Positions 31,291-52,859 of a DNA stretch of 64,000 nucleotides are shown one piece after another (the stretch's first letter is position 1; every line of letters begins with the position of its first letter). Source of the DNA: the human T2T-CHM13v2.0 reference genome, Homo sapiens. The translations under genes were made by a program, and so were the position numbers. The notes under the pieces are model-generated. The model had not been told where the DNA came from and did not search any database. It saw nothing but the letters and a program-made list of their open reading frames with translations. Location: the NCBI RefSeq assembly GCF_009914755.1, contig NC_060936.1; one strand, given 5' to 3'.

Positions 31291-32609
31291 CTAGGTGAGG
31301 GGGAGAAAACGGAAAATAACTTATAAGAAAACAGCATGGCATGACCGAAAAGGATGTCCATGATGCTATGAATACCCAAGGTCCTCAAACCAAAGCTCAC
31401 CCCACCAACAGGGAGAGAGGGGCCAGGGACAGGATGACCCATACCCGCATACCCAATCTGACTTCTCACCTTTAATGAGAAAGAACATCTGGTGGTTTTA
31501 GCCTTTGGATAGGTGTTTAAAAAAAAGAGGCTGACAAAGGCAGGAGTGTGAAAAGGAGGAAGAGGAAAGTATTAACCTAATTATTATTTCCTTTTTAGCT
31601 CTGAATTTATTGGTAACTTGGGAATAATAACTGATGTCCTTGGTCCTAAAGAGTGTGTTCAAAGGAAGGGAAAAGGGAGACAAGAGAAAGAAACTTTGTT
31701 TTTGGAAATCATCCTCAATGGCTTTTCCATTTCTGTCTCCTACATTGGCCAAAATGAAAGACATTCTGACCTGAGACCCAAGGAGGGTGGGATATTGGGG
31801 AAGCAGTTACTTTTCAGGGCCTAGAAAAAATGAGAAAATTAAAAGCCTGAAACATTCCCTTTGGGGATCATTTCCTGACAAAGCCACTGAGCTGAGTGAA
31901 GTGAGCATTGTGGTGGATTCCCAAGCTTTAGGAAAAGGTACCAAGAGTGTCCAGCTGCTGAGCAGAGTGAGCTCCATGCAGAGCAGAGCCTATGCTGGGC
32001 AGCTTTTCCAATATACAGCTCAGGCTCCAGAGAAGGCTGCAGCAGCAGCATTTCCATCCAAACACCCTTCTTGCCACTTCCTTTCTTTTTGGCCTGCCTC
32101 CTGCTCCCACACCCAACCCCACAACTCCACCCCTAATCAGCTCCCTTTAGCCAGGCTCCTCTCCACATGGAATCTTTGGAGTATGATGGGCTTTGGCCAT
32201 AGTTCCTTGTCTAGACTTTCTGAGATTCCTGATGCCTCTACCACAACAAGAGTTAGAAGTGCTGAAATCAAAGTGATAAATCTACAAGGATCTAACAAAG
32301 AATACATACATTAGTAGAGGCTTGAAGACTAGAAATCAGGAGAAAAAAAAAGAGAAGAGCTAACTTTGCCTTTGTTATGGTTGTAGGTAGATACAGTCCA
32401 CTGTTGTACATAATTAGCTCTAATACCCTATTATAAATTGTCTGTGCTTTCAGAACATCTGTAGCTTTGCTAATGGCTATCATAGTGGGGCAGTCATTTT
32501 CCAGGTGTAAGTGAAGCAGAGGAACACATCACAGATAGTCAGCTAGGTTACGATGTCACTGGTACTTCTTAATCTAAAGAGCCCAGAGCAGAGCAAGCTA
32601 TTGGGAGGT

Positions 32610-33945
<1,336 letters not shown>

Positions 33946-34821
33946 ACCCTGACCATCTTTTGACAATGAAGGGAGACTGGCTTTCCCTCTTTTGTTACTC
34001 ATGTGATTGTGAGATGGTGCTCATATCTGGATACTACATTTTCTGGAGATTTGTTTCCCTCTTGTACACCCACAACCTTTCCTGAATTTCTGCTATTCTT
34101 CTCTTCAATCTGGTAGGCAAAGGCAACCAGATACAGGGGTACCAAGTATATTTGATATAGTCCACACATTTAAGAGTAACATTGCCTAAACTGATTCATG
34201 TTGGCTTTTAGCCCTAGGAGCTAGTCCTGTTGTAGGAAGCAAGGTAAGAAATATAGGAAGAAAGAGACTTCCTTTTCAGGTAGAGACTGGAGAGAACAGT
34301 GGTACTCTCTGTGCATGTAGAATGTGGAGCTCATAGAGGATGGATGCCAGACCTGTGCTCTAACAATCACCAACATATCCTAAAAATGAGGCTGGTCAAA
34401 CAAGATGAATGTACAGCCTGTGTGAACACTATGTCTTCCACTTAGAAGCAAAGATGCCTAAAATGGATAGAGGGAGTGAAAGAGGGTAAGCAGAAGGAGG
34501 GTTTTAGAGGCAAGATTCAGACCCTGCCAAAACCATTTCTATTTTCAGTCTAGGCAAATTTACCAAATTCAGCCACTCCAAGTTATAGTTCTCTTTGAAT
34601 ACCATATGGCAGAATGTATTGAAAACAATATAAGTGAAAATCTGCAGCTTCCCAATAAGCCACATTTAGTTTTAGAGATCAAATCTAGGGTTGGCTGATG
34701 TTGGTTAAAATAAAACAAACAAACAAACCCAAAAACATTTGTGGAGGGTTCATTCCATTCACAGTTCCAATGATTAAGAGCTAAAAGCTATGGGCTGACA
34801 ACTCTCAGATGCTACACTTAC

Positions 34822-34917
34822 CTCTCGGGCAAATATTCTCTCTCGGACCCTTTGATATTCCTCCTCTCTCTCTTCTATTGACTTGCTCCTCCTTCCATCC
34901 TGCAATGGAACTCTGAT
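34822..34917 (-). CDS. R3HDM2: R3HDM2 SUZ core exon IRVPLQDGRRSKSIEEREEEYQRVRERIFARE (96 nt, symmetric)
   Basis: GATCTAG acceptor, GAG|GTAAGT donor; SUZ hallmark EERExxYxxxRxRIF; too short to appear in the ORF track. Confidence 0.92.
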
Positions 34918-36199
34918 CTAGATCGATGAGCAGAATTAAGCTAGTTAAGTTCTCCTCGTACTGCAAGCTCACTGCACACCAGCAAGGAAGAGAAACCGGG
35001 AAAGTTTATAGTTGCCATCAAAAAAATGGAAAAAAAAAAGAATAAAATTTCCAGTCCTGGAGAAGTTTCACTGGGTACATCTGACCATGCAGTTTGGGAG
35101 ATCAGGTTTTCTGGATGGCTGGGGACTCTCCAAATCCCCACCCCTCCCACCCCCGCAGTATCAAGAATAACAACTATTTATAAGGACTGGGTTGCTTCCC
35201 TCTAGTAATCAGGTAGCCTCCAGTCAGTAAGGATCGAGAAAATAGCCCTGGGAAAAGGAACAACACTGCTTTAGAGGGAAAGCAAAGGACAGAGGGAAGC
35301 TGGAACGGGAGAAGAAACAGGTGTTTAGCAGAGCTGAACAGTAGAGGAGGAGGTTTATAGAACTAGCACCTGGCATTATTCCTTATTTAGTCACTAATGC
35401 CATGGCCTGAAGACCCAAATCACACACAGCTCAGCAAAGAGGGCCTTGGAAATGAAATCCCAAGGGCGAAGCTAAACTCAAAGCCTAAGCATTTTTTTCC
35501 TGAACTTAACTATATTAACTGGAGGTGGGGAAGGGGAGAGACAAATTACAGAAATAAAGAAGAAAGAGAACAGAGCAATACAAAGAGAAAGAAAAGGAGA
35601 ACAGATAGAAAGAGGGGCAGAGAAAGGAAGAGAAGTAAGGTACAGTGGAGGAAGGGGAGAGACAGAGAGATAGACAAGGAAAATAAGAAAATAGAGGATA
35701 GAGAAGAACCTTACATTCTCTAGAAAATGTAGTGAGGTAACCAGACGGGATGGCTGGGGAGATCACCACCTCTGAGTAGCCTACCATCTAAATCCTCATC
35801 ATGATCTTTCCTCTCCTGGCCTGTAATTGGTGAACACTGTCCAGGGTAGGGTGTAATAGAGTGTCCTTATCCATCCTGCTCTTGAAGGCAAGGAGTTCTA
35901 AGGGAGAAAACTCATCAAATGAATATCACCAGATTATAAAAGATTCTGACTTCCAACCCAGAGGCTTTGAAAGCTTCACATGAAGCAACTAAGGAGATTG
36001 CTGCTCTAGGCTGGTCTTCCTGATCTTTACCAATCTCCAAAGGTAACCATAACTTCAAGAATATCAACCTTGCCTAGATTTAGTTCTCATTAGCTTCAAG
36101 AACCTAAATCCTACCAAATGTCCTCTTATAAATTCCATTCCAAGAAGACACAGGGCCTCAAGGAGCTATATTGTCCTCAGCCCCTAGGTAAATCAATGG

Positions 36200-36440
36200 C
36201 AAAGTAGAAAGAACATAATGGGCTTTGAGGTCAGGCAGAATCTCAGCTCTGCCACCTCCCAGTAATATAACTTTAGACAAGTAACTTAACATTTCTTAGC
36301 CTCAGTTTTCTTATATGTAAAGTGGGGATAATAACCCCCATCCTCATTGGGTTGTGAAGAGGATTAAAGGAAATAATGCATACAAATGTGTTTAGAACAC
36401 AGCCTAGTTCAGGGAAAACACTCAATAAGATAGCAATTAT
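36200..36440 (+). mobile_element. MIR
   Basis: MIR core: CCTCAGTTTTCTTATATGTAAAGTGGGGATAATAA. Confidence 0.8.
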
Positions 36441-37606
36441 TATGCTTGTTATTAACGTCACAGACAGAAAGTACACAGAAACAACCCTATTGGATCAAGC
36501 CTGAAGCTGAGAGATGAAAAGTTCACAATAGGGACAGACTCCACTTTGCCCCAATGTGCCTCTAGGCCTGAATAATTCCTGATCCACAGAAAAAGGGTTT
36601 GGGAAAATGGAGAAGGGCATCAGGATGGAAAGGCTCTTTCTCGTTTTTTAAATTTTGTCTTTTTGTATGTTTCTTTGTTTTCAATCAGTCCCAGTGTGTT
36701 TGTCCACAATAGATAATGGCACTTTTCTCAAAAGGACTCCCTCAAATACTCAAGCAGCAAGCAGGAAAGGTCCTGGTCTCAAGACCATACAATATCCCAA
36801 GAAAACTAATTTTGACACTAGAGGTAAGATATTATTATAGTTATTAATTAGCAAGATTAATGTAGGCTCTACTCAACCACGCTCTTCAAATCGAATCCCT
36901 TTTGGAGGCCAAGCAGAGGCAGGCTGGATCTAAATCTTCTTCTTAGCTAACCCGCAAATAATCACTTACTATCTAAAGGGTAGGCTTCAGGTCAAAGCAA
37001 TAGCCAGGCCCATTTAAAGGGATGGGATAGGCTGTTCCCTTCTTATTCCCACAGCAGTGGATCACAAAGGGGATCTATCTGAGGTTCCCAGCATCAAATG
37101 TCAAATTAACTCACTCACCTTGGTGGAAGGAGTTGGAAAAAGATTAAGGAGTTTGCAGAAAGGGATCAGAAACACCTTTATAATTGGGTAAATTAGATCA
37201 CAACTTTGCCAGTTCAAGGCTAGCCCTAAGCTAGGATAAGAGTTGAAGTGGGACAAAGTAGCTTTTTGTGGTTCCCAAAGAAATCCCTAACTATTAAAGG
37301 AAAAAAAAGAATGAAACCAACAGTTGGATCAAGGCTGAGGCAGGGATCAACCTTGCTTTATTCCAAATGATGTGGTGTTAGAAGTCAGTGGCAGACCCAA
37401 GGAGTTCCAGGCCAAATGAGATCACCTAGCAAACCTCAGCACCATGTCTCTCTAGGGCTAAGAGGGTGGCATCCAGTTCAACAAATAAACAGTTCTCAAC
37501 ATTAAGCCAAAGCCAACTCCGTATAGCTCAATACATTTCTCCGTACTAAGATATTTTGAGTTTTCTCCATCCCACAAAAATTCTTCTCCCTTCCCAGTTT
37601 CTCTTA

Positions 37607-37807
<201 letters not shown>

Positions 37808-38119
37808 TTAGGAAGCAGACCTATTAGGTACAGCTCTCCTAAATTACACAACTCACACTCAGGGAATTTCTGGAGTAAGGAATCCAAAAAGTCACATGCA
37901 GGTTTTAATGAAATCTTCAGGGTCTGTACTTTATACATCTATAACTTCTCTTCCTCCATAGTTATATCTGTCCTATCAGTGAAGTGAAGAGAGGCTAGGG
38001 CCAGACTTCATGAAACATCAGTCTCTCTAGAATCTATCTCCAAGGCTCAGAAAGAGTAGGAATTAATTATATAACCAACCCCAACCCCAATCCCCTTCCC
38101 TGCAAAATACTTAAAAAAA

Positions 38120-38567
38120 TTTTTTTTGTTTGTTTTTTGAGATGGAGTCTCACTGTATTGCCCAAGCTGGAGTGCATGGCGTGATCTTGGCTCACTCCAA
38201 CCTCTGCCACTGGGGTTCAAGTGATTCTCCTGCCTCAGCCTCCCGAGTAGCTGGGATTACAGGCGCCTGCCACCGCGCCCGGCTAATTTTTGTATTTTTA
38301 GTAGAGACGGGGTTTCACCATCTTGGCCAAGCGGGTCTTGAACTCCTGACCTTATGATCCACCCGCCTCGGCCTCCCAAAGTGCTGGGATTACAGGCGTC
38401 AGCCACTGCGCCCGGCCATTTTTAAACTTTTTTTTTTTTTTTAAAGTAATAGAGATGGGATCTTGCTGTGTTGACCAGGCTGGTCTCGAACTCCTGGCTT
38501 CAAGCAGTCTTCCCATCTTGGCCTCCCAAAGTGCTGGGATTACAGGTGTGAGCCACCACGCCTGGCC
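38120..38567 (-). mobile_element. Alu plus Alu monomer
   Basis: Reverse Alu consensus. Confidence 0.92.
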
Positions 38568-38659
38568 ATCTGCAAGAGACATCCTGATCCTACACCTTCC
38601 TCTTCCAACCCAGCAGGTTATCCCAGGGAAGTCTTCCCAAACCATGGTTTCCTCCCTTA

Positions 38660-38872
<213 letters not shown>

Positions 38873-39030
38873 TTACAAGTGTCTAAAGTGGAAAGTTTCT
38901 TAGGAGAAATAGACATATTATAAGGAATATAGATATTTACTAAATGGGAACCAAATAGGTTTTTCTCAGTTTCTTTATCTACAGTATTCTGCAGATTACT
39001 ATGACCTACTTTCCTCATTAAGACTACTCA

Positions 39031-39309
<279 letters not shown>

Positions 39310-39577
39310 GACTACTTATTAAGCCCTAGGTCCCACCCACCTGGATGATGTTTGACAAAGAAAAAGGAAGACATTTAAGAACAGTAAAATCTGGGACAAG
39401 TGCAAGCTGCTGAAAAGATATAAATTATTTTTCAACTCAAATCTACATAATAACTTAAAAACTTCAGTATGTTTTCAAAAATCACACTTCAAGGGGAACA
39501 TCTCCTAAAATTGTACCTAAATTTATTTCCAGTGCCCCCTCCCACCTCTAATTATATATTTCATGCAAGTAACTTAC

Positions 39578-39637
39578 TTGTTGTCATTAATAAATTCCAG
39601 AATCTCCTGTTCTAATTTTAGCAGCATCATTCTGTCC
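39578..39637 (-). CDS. R3HDM2: R3HDM2 exon DRMMLLKLEQEILEFINDN (start of R3H domain)
   Basis: AAACAG acceptor, AA|GTAAGT donor, 60 nt, phase 2-2. Confidence 0.93.
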
Positions 39638-40338
39638 CTGTTTAAAAAAGATTAAAACAAAACAAAACAAAACAAAAAGCAGCCCTCCCATAGACATTGA
39701 AAGTGGGGATTGAAAACACAACTTGCTCATTACAGAAGCTGAAAAAGGTATATATCCAAACCCAGTAATGAACCATAATGCTGCTAAGCCTCACTTGCCT
39801 GTTTTACAATATTTTTAAAAAGAAAAACAACCCGAGTATACATTTTGCAGGTCCTCCAATCATATACTTTGTTATACCATATCAGAAATCTCACTGTTAA
39901 CAACATATTCATATAAACACACGTTATAAATCTAATCGTCATTCTGTATTCCATCTTGTTATAAACAATTTTAAAGGAATTATAATTTAGCTTATGTACA
40001 AATCAATTATTTTTTCCTTCTGTGCTTTTTATTTTAGCTCTTCTTACTATCACTCCCAATGTGTGCTTTTTAATCAGTATACTCCCAAGACTTCATATTT
40101 CTTTGTTTCTGCATTCTTCTTTCACAGAAGTTTTCCCAATTCTTCTGAAAACAGAAACCTCAATGTGAGAGTATTTTGAATCCCTCACAGAATATAAAAC
40201 TATACCTGACAAATACTAGGGGGACAGGAAGATGAGCATCCTAGATTCTAAGAATGGAAAAATTCTGGGAAGCCGTTTGGCCTCTTGGAATCTTGCTATC
40301 CCCTAACCCCTTTTCCTCTTATACCCATCATGTTATTA

Positions 40339-40497
<159 letters not shown>

Positions 40498-40928
40498 CTA
40501 ACCAGGAGAAAAAAGAATAGGAAAGCAAAATCAAACTTCCAGGGTTTTAACATAAAATCCAGAATGACCTTGATGTGCTAGATCCCAAAATTCCTCATCA
40601 GAATGACAGAAGAAAGAATCTGGGCCATAGTATTACATCAATATTACACTGAAAAGCCATCTATCATCAATAGGTATTTACTGAATGTCCTGATCAAAAT
40701 ATAGCAGGTTTTATTAAGGAAAATAAATTCCAGGTAAGGGCAGTCAGGGCTGAATTTTCCAGAATCTCAGTAAATATGCCCAAATATTATTTTTTAATCC
40801 TGTTTGCCTTTTCTTATCAATTATCATTTTTATGGACTATGTCTTTTTGCTACCAGTACAAGAGTTTAAAGGCAAAGATAGTCTAATAATTAGAGGCAAA
40901 TCTGCATTATTAAAAAAAAAAAAAACCA

Positions 40929-41250
<322 letters not shown>

Positions 41251-41600
41251 TCACCCTAGCCATCCCCAAACCAAAATATAAATGGCATCTGGAGGATTTG
41301 CTACCCAATGATTATCAATGTTACCATTATTCCAGAGCACAAGTAAAATCAGAATTGACTACATTGTCCTCCTATGGATAATGCCAATGCAGATGGAGTA
41401 GCTGTCTGTGGCATGTGAGCTCCTAAGGCAGGTTCAGTTAAAGAAGCAAAGAAAGTAACCTCGTTAGGCATCTCCTCAAGCAACCAAGTTAGCAGAACAC
41501 TACAAATTGATGGGCCAGTAAGGCTAGCAGGTGCCAGGCTTCAGGATAAAAGTAAAGGGCACTGCCCTAGAACAGATGAGAGATGGGAAAAACTCCTTAC

Positions 41601-41727
41601 CTCTGGACAGCATCTTCCTTGGGATCTTTTCTTTGTTTTTGTCCTTGTCTTCCTTTTCAGAGACATCTTTTGTGGACTTTTCTTCCTCCTTGTCAGAAGG
41701 GCAACTGATGTGCAATTGAATTATATC
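41601..41727 (-). CDS. R3HDM2: R3HDM2 exon DIIQLHISCPSD...RKMLSR
   Basis: Acceptor CCCCTTAAG, donor G|GTAAGG, 127 nt, phase 0-1. Confidence 0.93.
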
Positions 41728-42343
41728 CTTAAGGGGAAAAAGGATAATCAAAGGGGGAAAAAGATTTTAACTTTCTTGCAGCTCCCTTGGAATCTCAAAG
41801 AAGGTAAATCTTGGGGTGGCAGCTCTCTCTTATAGATTAGTGTTATTTTGCTAATTAAACTGTTTTAGTTTTCTTCTATCAAGAGGGTAGAGGCACAGCT
41901 TTTTCTGCCAGCAAGCACAACCTACTTTATGGAGAGCTCAAATTACACAGGCCGTTCTTGGCACAGGTATTGAATGGGAATGGTTCTAACCACCAGAGGG
42001 GGAGGGTACACATAAGAAAATAAGATCTAGCCCTGGGATCTTCTTGTCTGCATCATCCTAGGTGGTCAAGATATGAAGACCTATACTTCATGCTCTCACT
42101 ATGCTGGGGTTTTTTTCTTTTTTAGGGTCCCCCTCCTCCCTGGTGCAGGTCTGTCAGCACTGCCACTGCCACTGGAACCCACAGCTGGGAGGAGAGACCA
42201 TGCCCTGTTTTACTACAACAGCTTTTGTTCTGAAGTACCTTCTACCCTGATTTTCAAGTCTGATGTTGCTGTGACTGCCATACTACATCTTACCAAACAA
42301 CTGCCAAGCGCAAAAGCTACACTTACTCCTGCAAATGACCTAC

Positions 42344-42430
42344 CTGGGTTTCTAATGGCCCATCAGCAAATGGGGTGGAGGACTCCTCACACACTGCCAG
42401 GCTACGCACCAACTTTAGCTTGGAATTAGA
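42344..42430 (-). CDS. R3HDM2: R3HDM2 exon SNSKLKLVRSLAVCEESSTPFADGPLETQ
   Basis: T-rich acceptor TTTTCAG, donor CAG|GTAGGT, 87 nt; the RSLAVCEES motif is shared with ARPP21/R3HDM1. Confidence 0.93.
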
Positions 42431-42759
42431 CTGAAAAAAACAAAAAACAATTTTCAATTTTTTTAATGTATCTTATATATTTCTTCCCTCGGTGAACATT
42501 CAGAAAGCTTTTGGCTGAATGAAAAGTGTCCTCTTTGGCTCTGTTAGTTGCTGTTTCCATTAAACAGGGGTTTTTTTCAAACGGGTCCTACTCACCAGTT
42601 CCTGATTCACTTGAAAGATACTTCTCTTGCTTACAACAGTAGACATGTACAAACTGGCTACATGGACAGATGATAGGAAACCATTTCACTCAGCCCTCTT
42701 CTCTCTTCAACCCCATACTCTAATTTCAGTCTCAGAACTTTATGCAAACACACAGCAAC

Positions 42760-44934
<2,175 letters not shown>

Positions 44935-45424
44935 AGTAAAACATTAGGGGGAAAAAAAAGCCTGTATTTTTAGGATATCCAGAAATGTTGAGTCATTTTT
45001 CTTAGTGGGGCAGGATTTATCATAAAGAAAACTCACAAGGAAAAAAAAAAAAAAAGAAGGGGGAATAAAAAGACTCATATAAGCAGCCATTCTCCTAGAG
45101 AAGCTAGGAGTGAGCAGAGAAACTGGTATTTCAGCACAACTAGTATCCAGTTCTTTCAGGCTCTGTGGAAGGCTCCAGCTGGGTAGCCTTTCAGGCATCA
45201 AATGTGTATACACCTATGTACGCCTACACAGTTTCCATTAGAGGTATGTATGTGTATGTGTACATGTGTGTATGCACACTTACGCAGGTTCACAATTGGG
45301 GTACAGAGTACAGGCAAGAAAACTCTGCCTACATAATTTGAACAAACTAGATATTCATGACAAGTCTACTTGTGAAATGTATTACTAATAACATTAGAAA
45401 AGAAGCTAGAGGAAGGGCTCTCAC

Positions 45425-45466
45425 CTTGGCTCTTTTCCTGGCATGACCATGGTTAGATGTCCGCCT
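45425..45466 (-). CDS. R3HDM2: R3HDM2 42-nt exon RRTSNHGHARKRAK
   Basis: TTCCCTTCTAACAG acceptor, AAG|GTGAGA donor, phase 0-0. Confidence 0.9.
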
Positions 45467-45710
45467 CTGTTAGAAGGGAATTGGAAAATATTAAAGGTGG
45501 AAGAAAATCGACATGTAAGTTAAAAACAATACATGTTTATAAAGAAAAAGCACTAACTGTAAAAACCATTACAACAGCCAAACTATGATGAGGACCACTT
45601 GATGTGGGTTTCTCCCTACAACCTACAACTCTAACAACTGTGACAGGAAAGGGACTACAGGCCAATACAGTCAAATCACCATTCACCATTAAGTTAGAGA
45701 ATCAGAAGAT

Positions 45711-46070
<360 letters not shown>

Positions 46071-46889
46071 GAGTTGGAAGACACTGATTTTGTTGGCCTA
46101 TTTCACAGACTGATAAAAGTTACTTTTGGACAAACCATGGTATCCTGTCTTATTTAGGATGCTTCTGCAAATGTCACTACCACAGCATGAAAGAGTGTTT
46201 TTTTCCCCCAATCCTGTTCACAGAAGCCTATTTAATCAATAATGGATATGAAATATGGCCCCTAACCATCACTTATAATATCTTTATAGGACAATACACA
46301 CATTCATAGTTCCAACTTGAGATACCCAAAATATCTGTTCCTATAGCTGCAGAAATGGAATGAAGAGTCTTCTTCCCAAATGCCTCCCTCCCTGAGTTAT
46401 CAGGATACAAAGAAAGGAGCATAAAATATAGGGATAAGACCTCCAGAGCAAGGGGAAGAGAGTGGATAAGGGTCAGGATAGAAACCGAGGAAGATAAAGA
46501 ATGAAGGCGTAAGGTGGGATGACGGAAAGAACAGCCAATTAATAAGATTTGTAAACATCTGAGAAGTCAAAATGGGGGCTTCTGGGAAGAGGTTGGGTAG
46601 GGTTATATATGGGGATGAGGCACTTAGGAGTTCTGAGATGTTTGGAATGGAACTCCAATGGGGCGTAGAGGGAACTGAGGCAGGAGGATAGGGGAGGGGA
46701 AACAAGTCAGAGACAGAGTACCAGCATGGCCTTGGGTAGGTGAGGATTTCTCTTTTCTTGGTCTTCTTCACTAGTTAGCAAATAACACGGCCACAATGCA
46801 AAATGGAGAACTGGGAAGGTGGATGGAAAGAATAAGAAATGATGGTGGATCTGCTCAGTGGTAAGATCTGTTGCAGTAAGGGAAGATTC

Positions 46890-48600
<1,711 letters not shown>

Positions 48601-48623
48601 ATCAAAAAGGATTACAAGTTTAA

Positions 48624-51028
<2,405 letters not shown>

Positions 51029-52157
51029 CTAAGAATAGAATAACTTAGACCCAAAAGGTCATTTAATTATTATCTTTCATGTAACATGACAGCACATAAT
51101 GAAACATTCATCACTTATCTGTCCTGAATATTTAAAATTCATTATTTGTATCAGTGGAGGCTGGAAGTACAGCTGGAACAGTGGCAGATTGTCTCCACAA
51201 GCTCTGGAAGAATGGGCAGGGAATGACAACTAACATGTAATAATGGAAAGAAAAACAGCCAGGGCAGAGACTGGTGAATTGTAAGACGAAAAACAGTAGA
51301 AAAGCAGGCAGCTAGAGAACAAAATATCTCAGAGAGCTGTCTAATTTTAATTCATTCCTTTATATTATTGCTGTTTTAATCTTTAAAGAAGACAAACCTT
51401 ATGTGAATTGAATTGTCTAGAAAAATTATGCTTCAAGTTTCCAGACCCTCTAAAATGTTGTTGTTCCGGTGTTTTAATCTAACTTCTTGCTAGTGTTAAT
51501 TGTCTGTCTCTTGACTTATAATAAAACCAGTTTTCACCCCTGGGCATGAAGGAAAGGATTTGTTGGGCTTGGGTAACAGAAGAAACCAGCAGTGACCACA
51601 GAATAAGGGCTCTAACAGGTAGATGAGAGGAGGCTCAGAGTTTGGGCTGGCCAGGCAGAAACCAAAGAAGAACCCCACAAGGAAGTTTGGCTAACTATCT
51701 ACTACCATCATTTCTGTACTACAGTACGAATTTGGATGAAAAACATGGCAAACAAAGAGTGAAATTCCTTTTACTCACATTTACCAAGTGGCAAGTTCAG
51801 AGGCTATTTCTGACCCAGAAAAATGCTGACTGCTTTAACACAACCAGGATATGAATTTAACACTGTGTGTAAAGCCAGGAAGCTCAAGTTTTAAGAGTTT
51901 ATTATATGAGTCATTTTATGACTTATTAAATATGCGTTTGTGTACAGTTTATTTTTTGGTAATAAAAAAAGTCAAAATGCAGCAAGAACCAGTGAACTCA
52001 GGCCCAAATAGATTAGGGATTTTACTCTGTCCTTTTTAGACTTCATTGTGGACTATATGACAAAAAGGGAAGATTTCTTTTGAGAGTTGAAGCTGGAGTT
52101 TTTAAAGAGAATCAAGTGTTTCTAAAAGTGACTGATTCTTACACATCTCCACTTTTA

Positions 52158-52505
<348 letters not shown>

Positions 52506-52509
52506 TTAC

Positions 52510-52674
52510 CTGTGTCTCCTGACGCAAACTGGTATCTTCACATTCTTTCTCAATTTCTTCCTTACTTGGAGTCTTAGATATAAACTTGTTTTTGTTTACA
52601 GATTCTTCCACCAGTTTTTTTTCTGATTCTTTCATTATTTCCAGGGTCTCTTGAGTAGTGTTACTGTTAGACAT
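52510..52674 (-). CDS. R3HDM2: R3HDM2 first coding exon (exon 52510-52709; MSNSNTTQ...LRQETQ, 55 aa)
   Basis: Acceptor TTTCTTTAG at 52710, ATG at 52674, donor CAG|GTAACG; 165 coding nt, phase 0. Confidence 0.93.
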
Positions 52675-52859
52675 GTTCTTCAATAGAATACAGTGGCCTC
52701 TATGGACTCCTAAAGAAACATCAAATGCATTAAGCAGGAGGTATGTATCCATACTTAACAAATACACAAGACTCGTATTTCACACGGGTACATTTTTTCC
52801 AGCAGCCTTCCTTTAACCCAGAAAAGAGTTATTTAATAAATGCTGTCCCTGGGTTCATT

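Noticed and set aside
31787-32314. 175-aa plus-strand ORF, and other plus-strand ORFs overlapping exons (e.g. 10488-10817, 14522-14950, 22648-22917)
   Set aside because: Mostly non-ATG starts, antisense shadows of R3HDM2 sequence, no recognisable domain or splice structure
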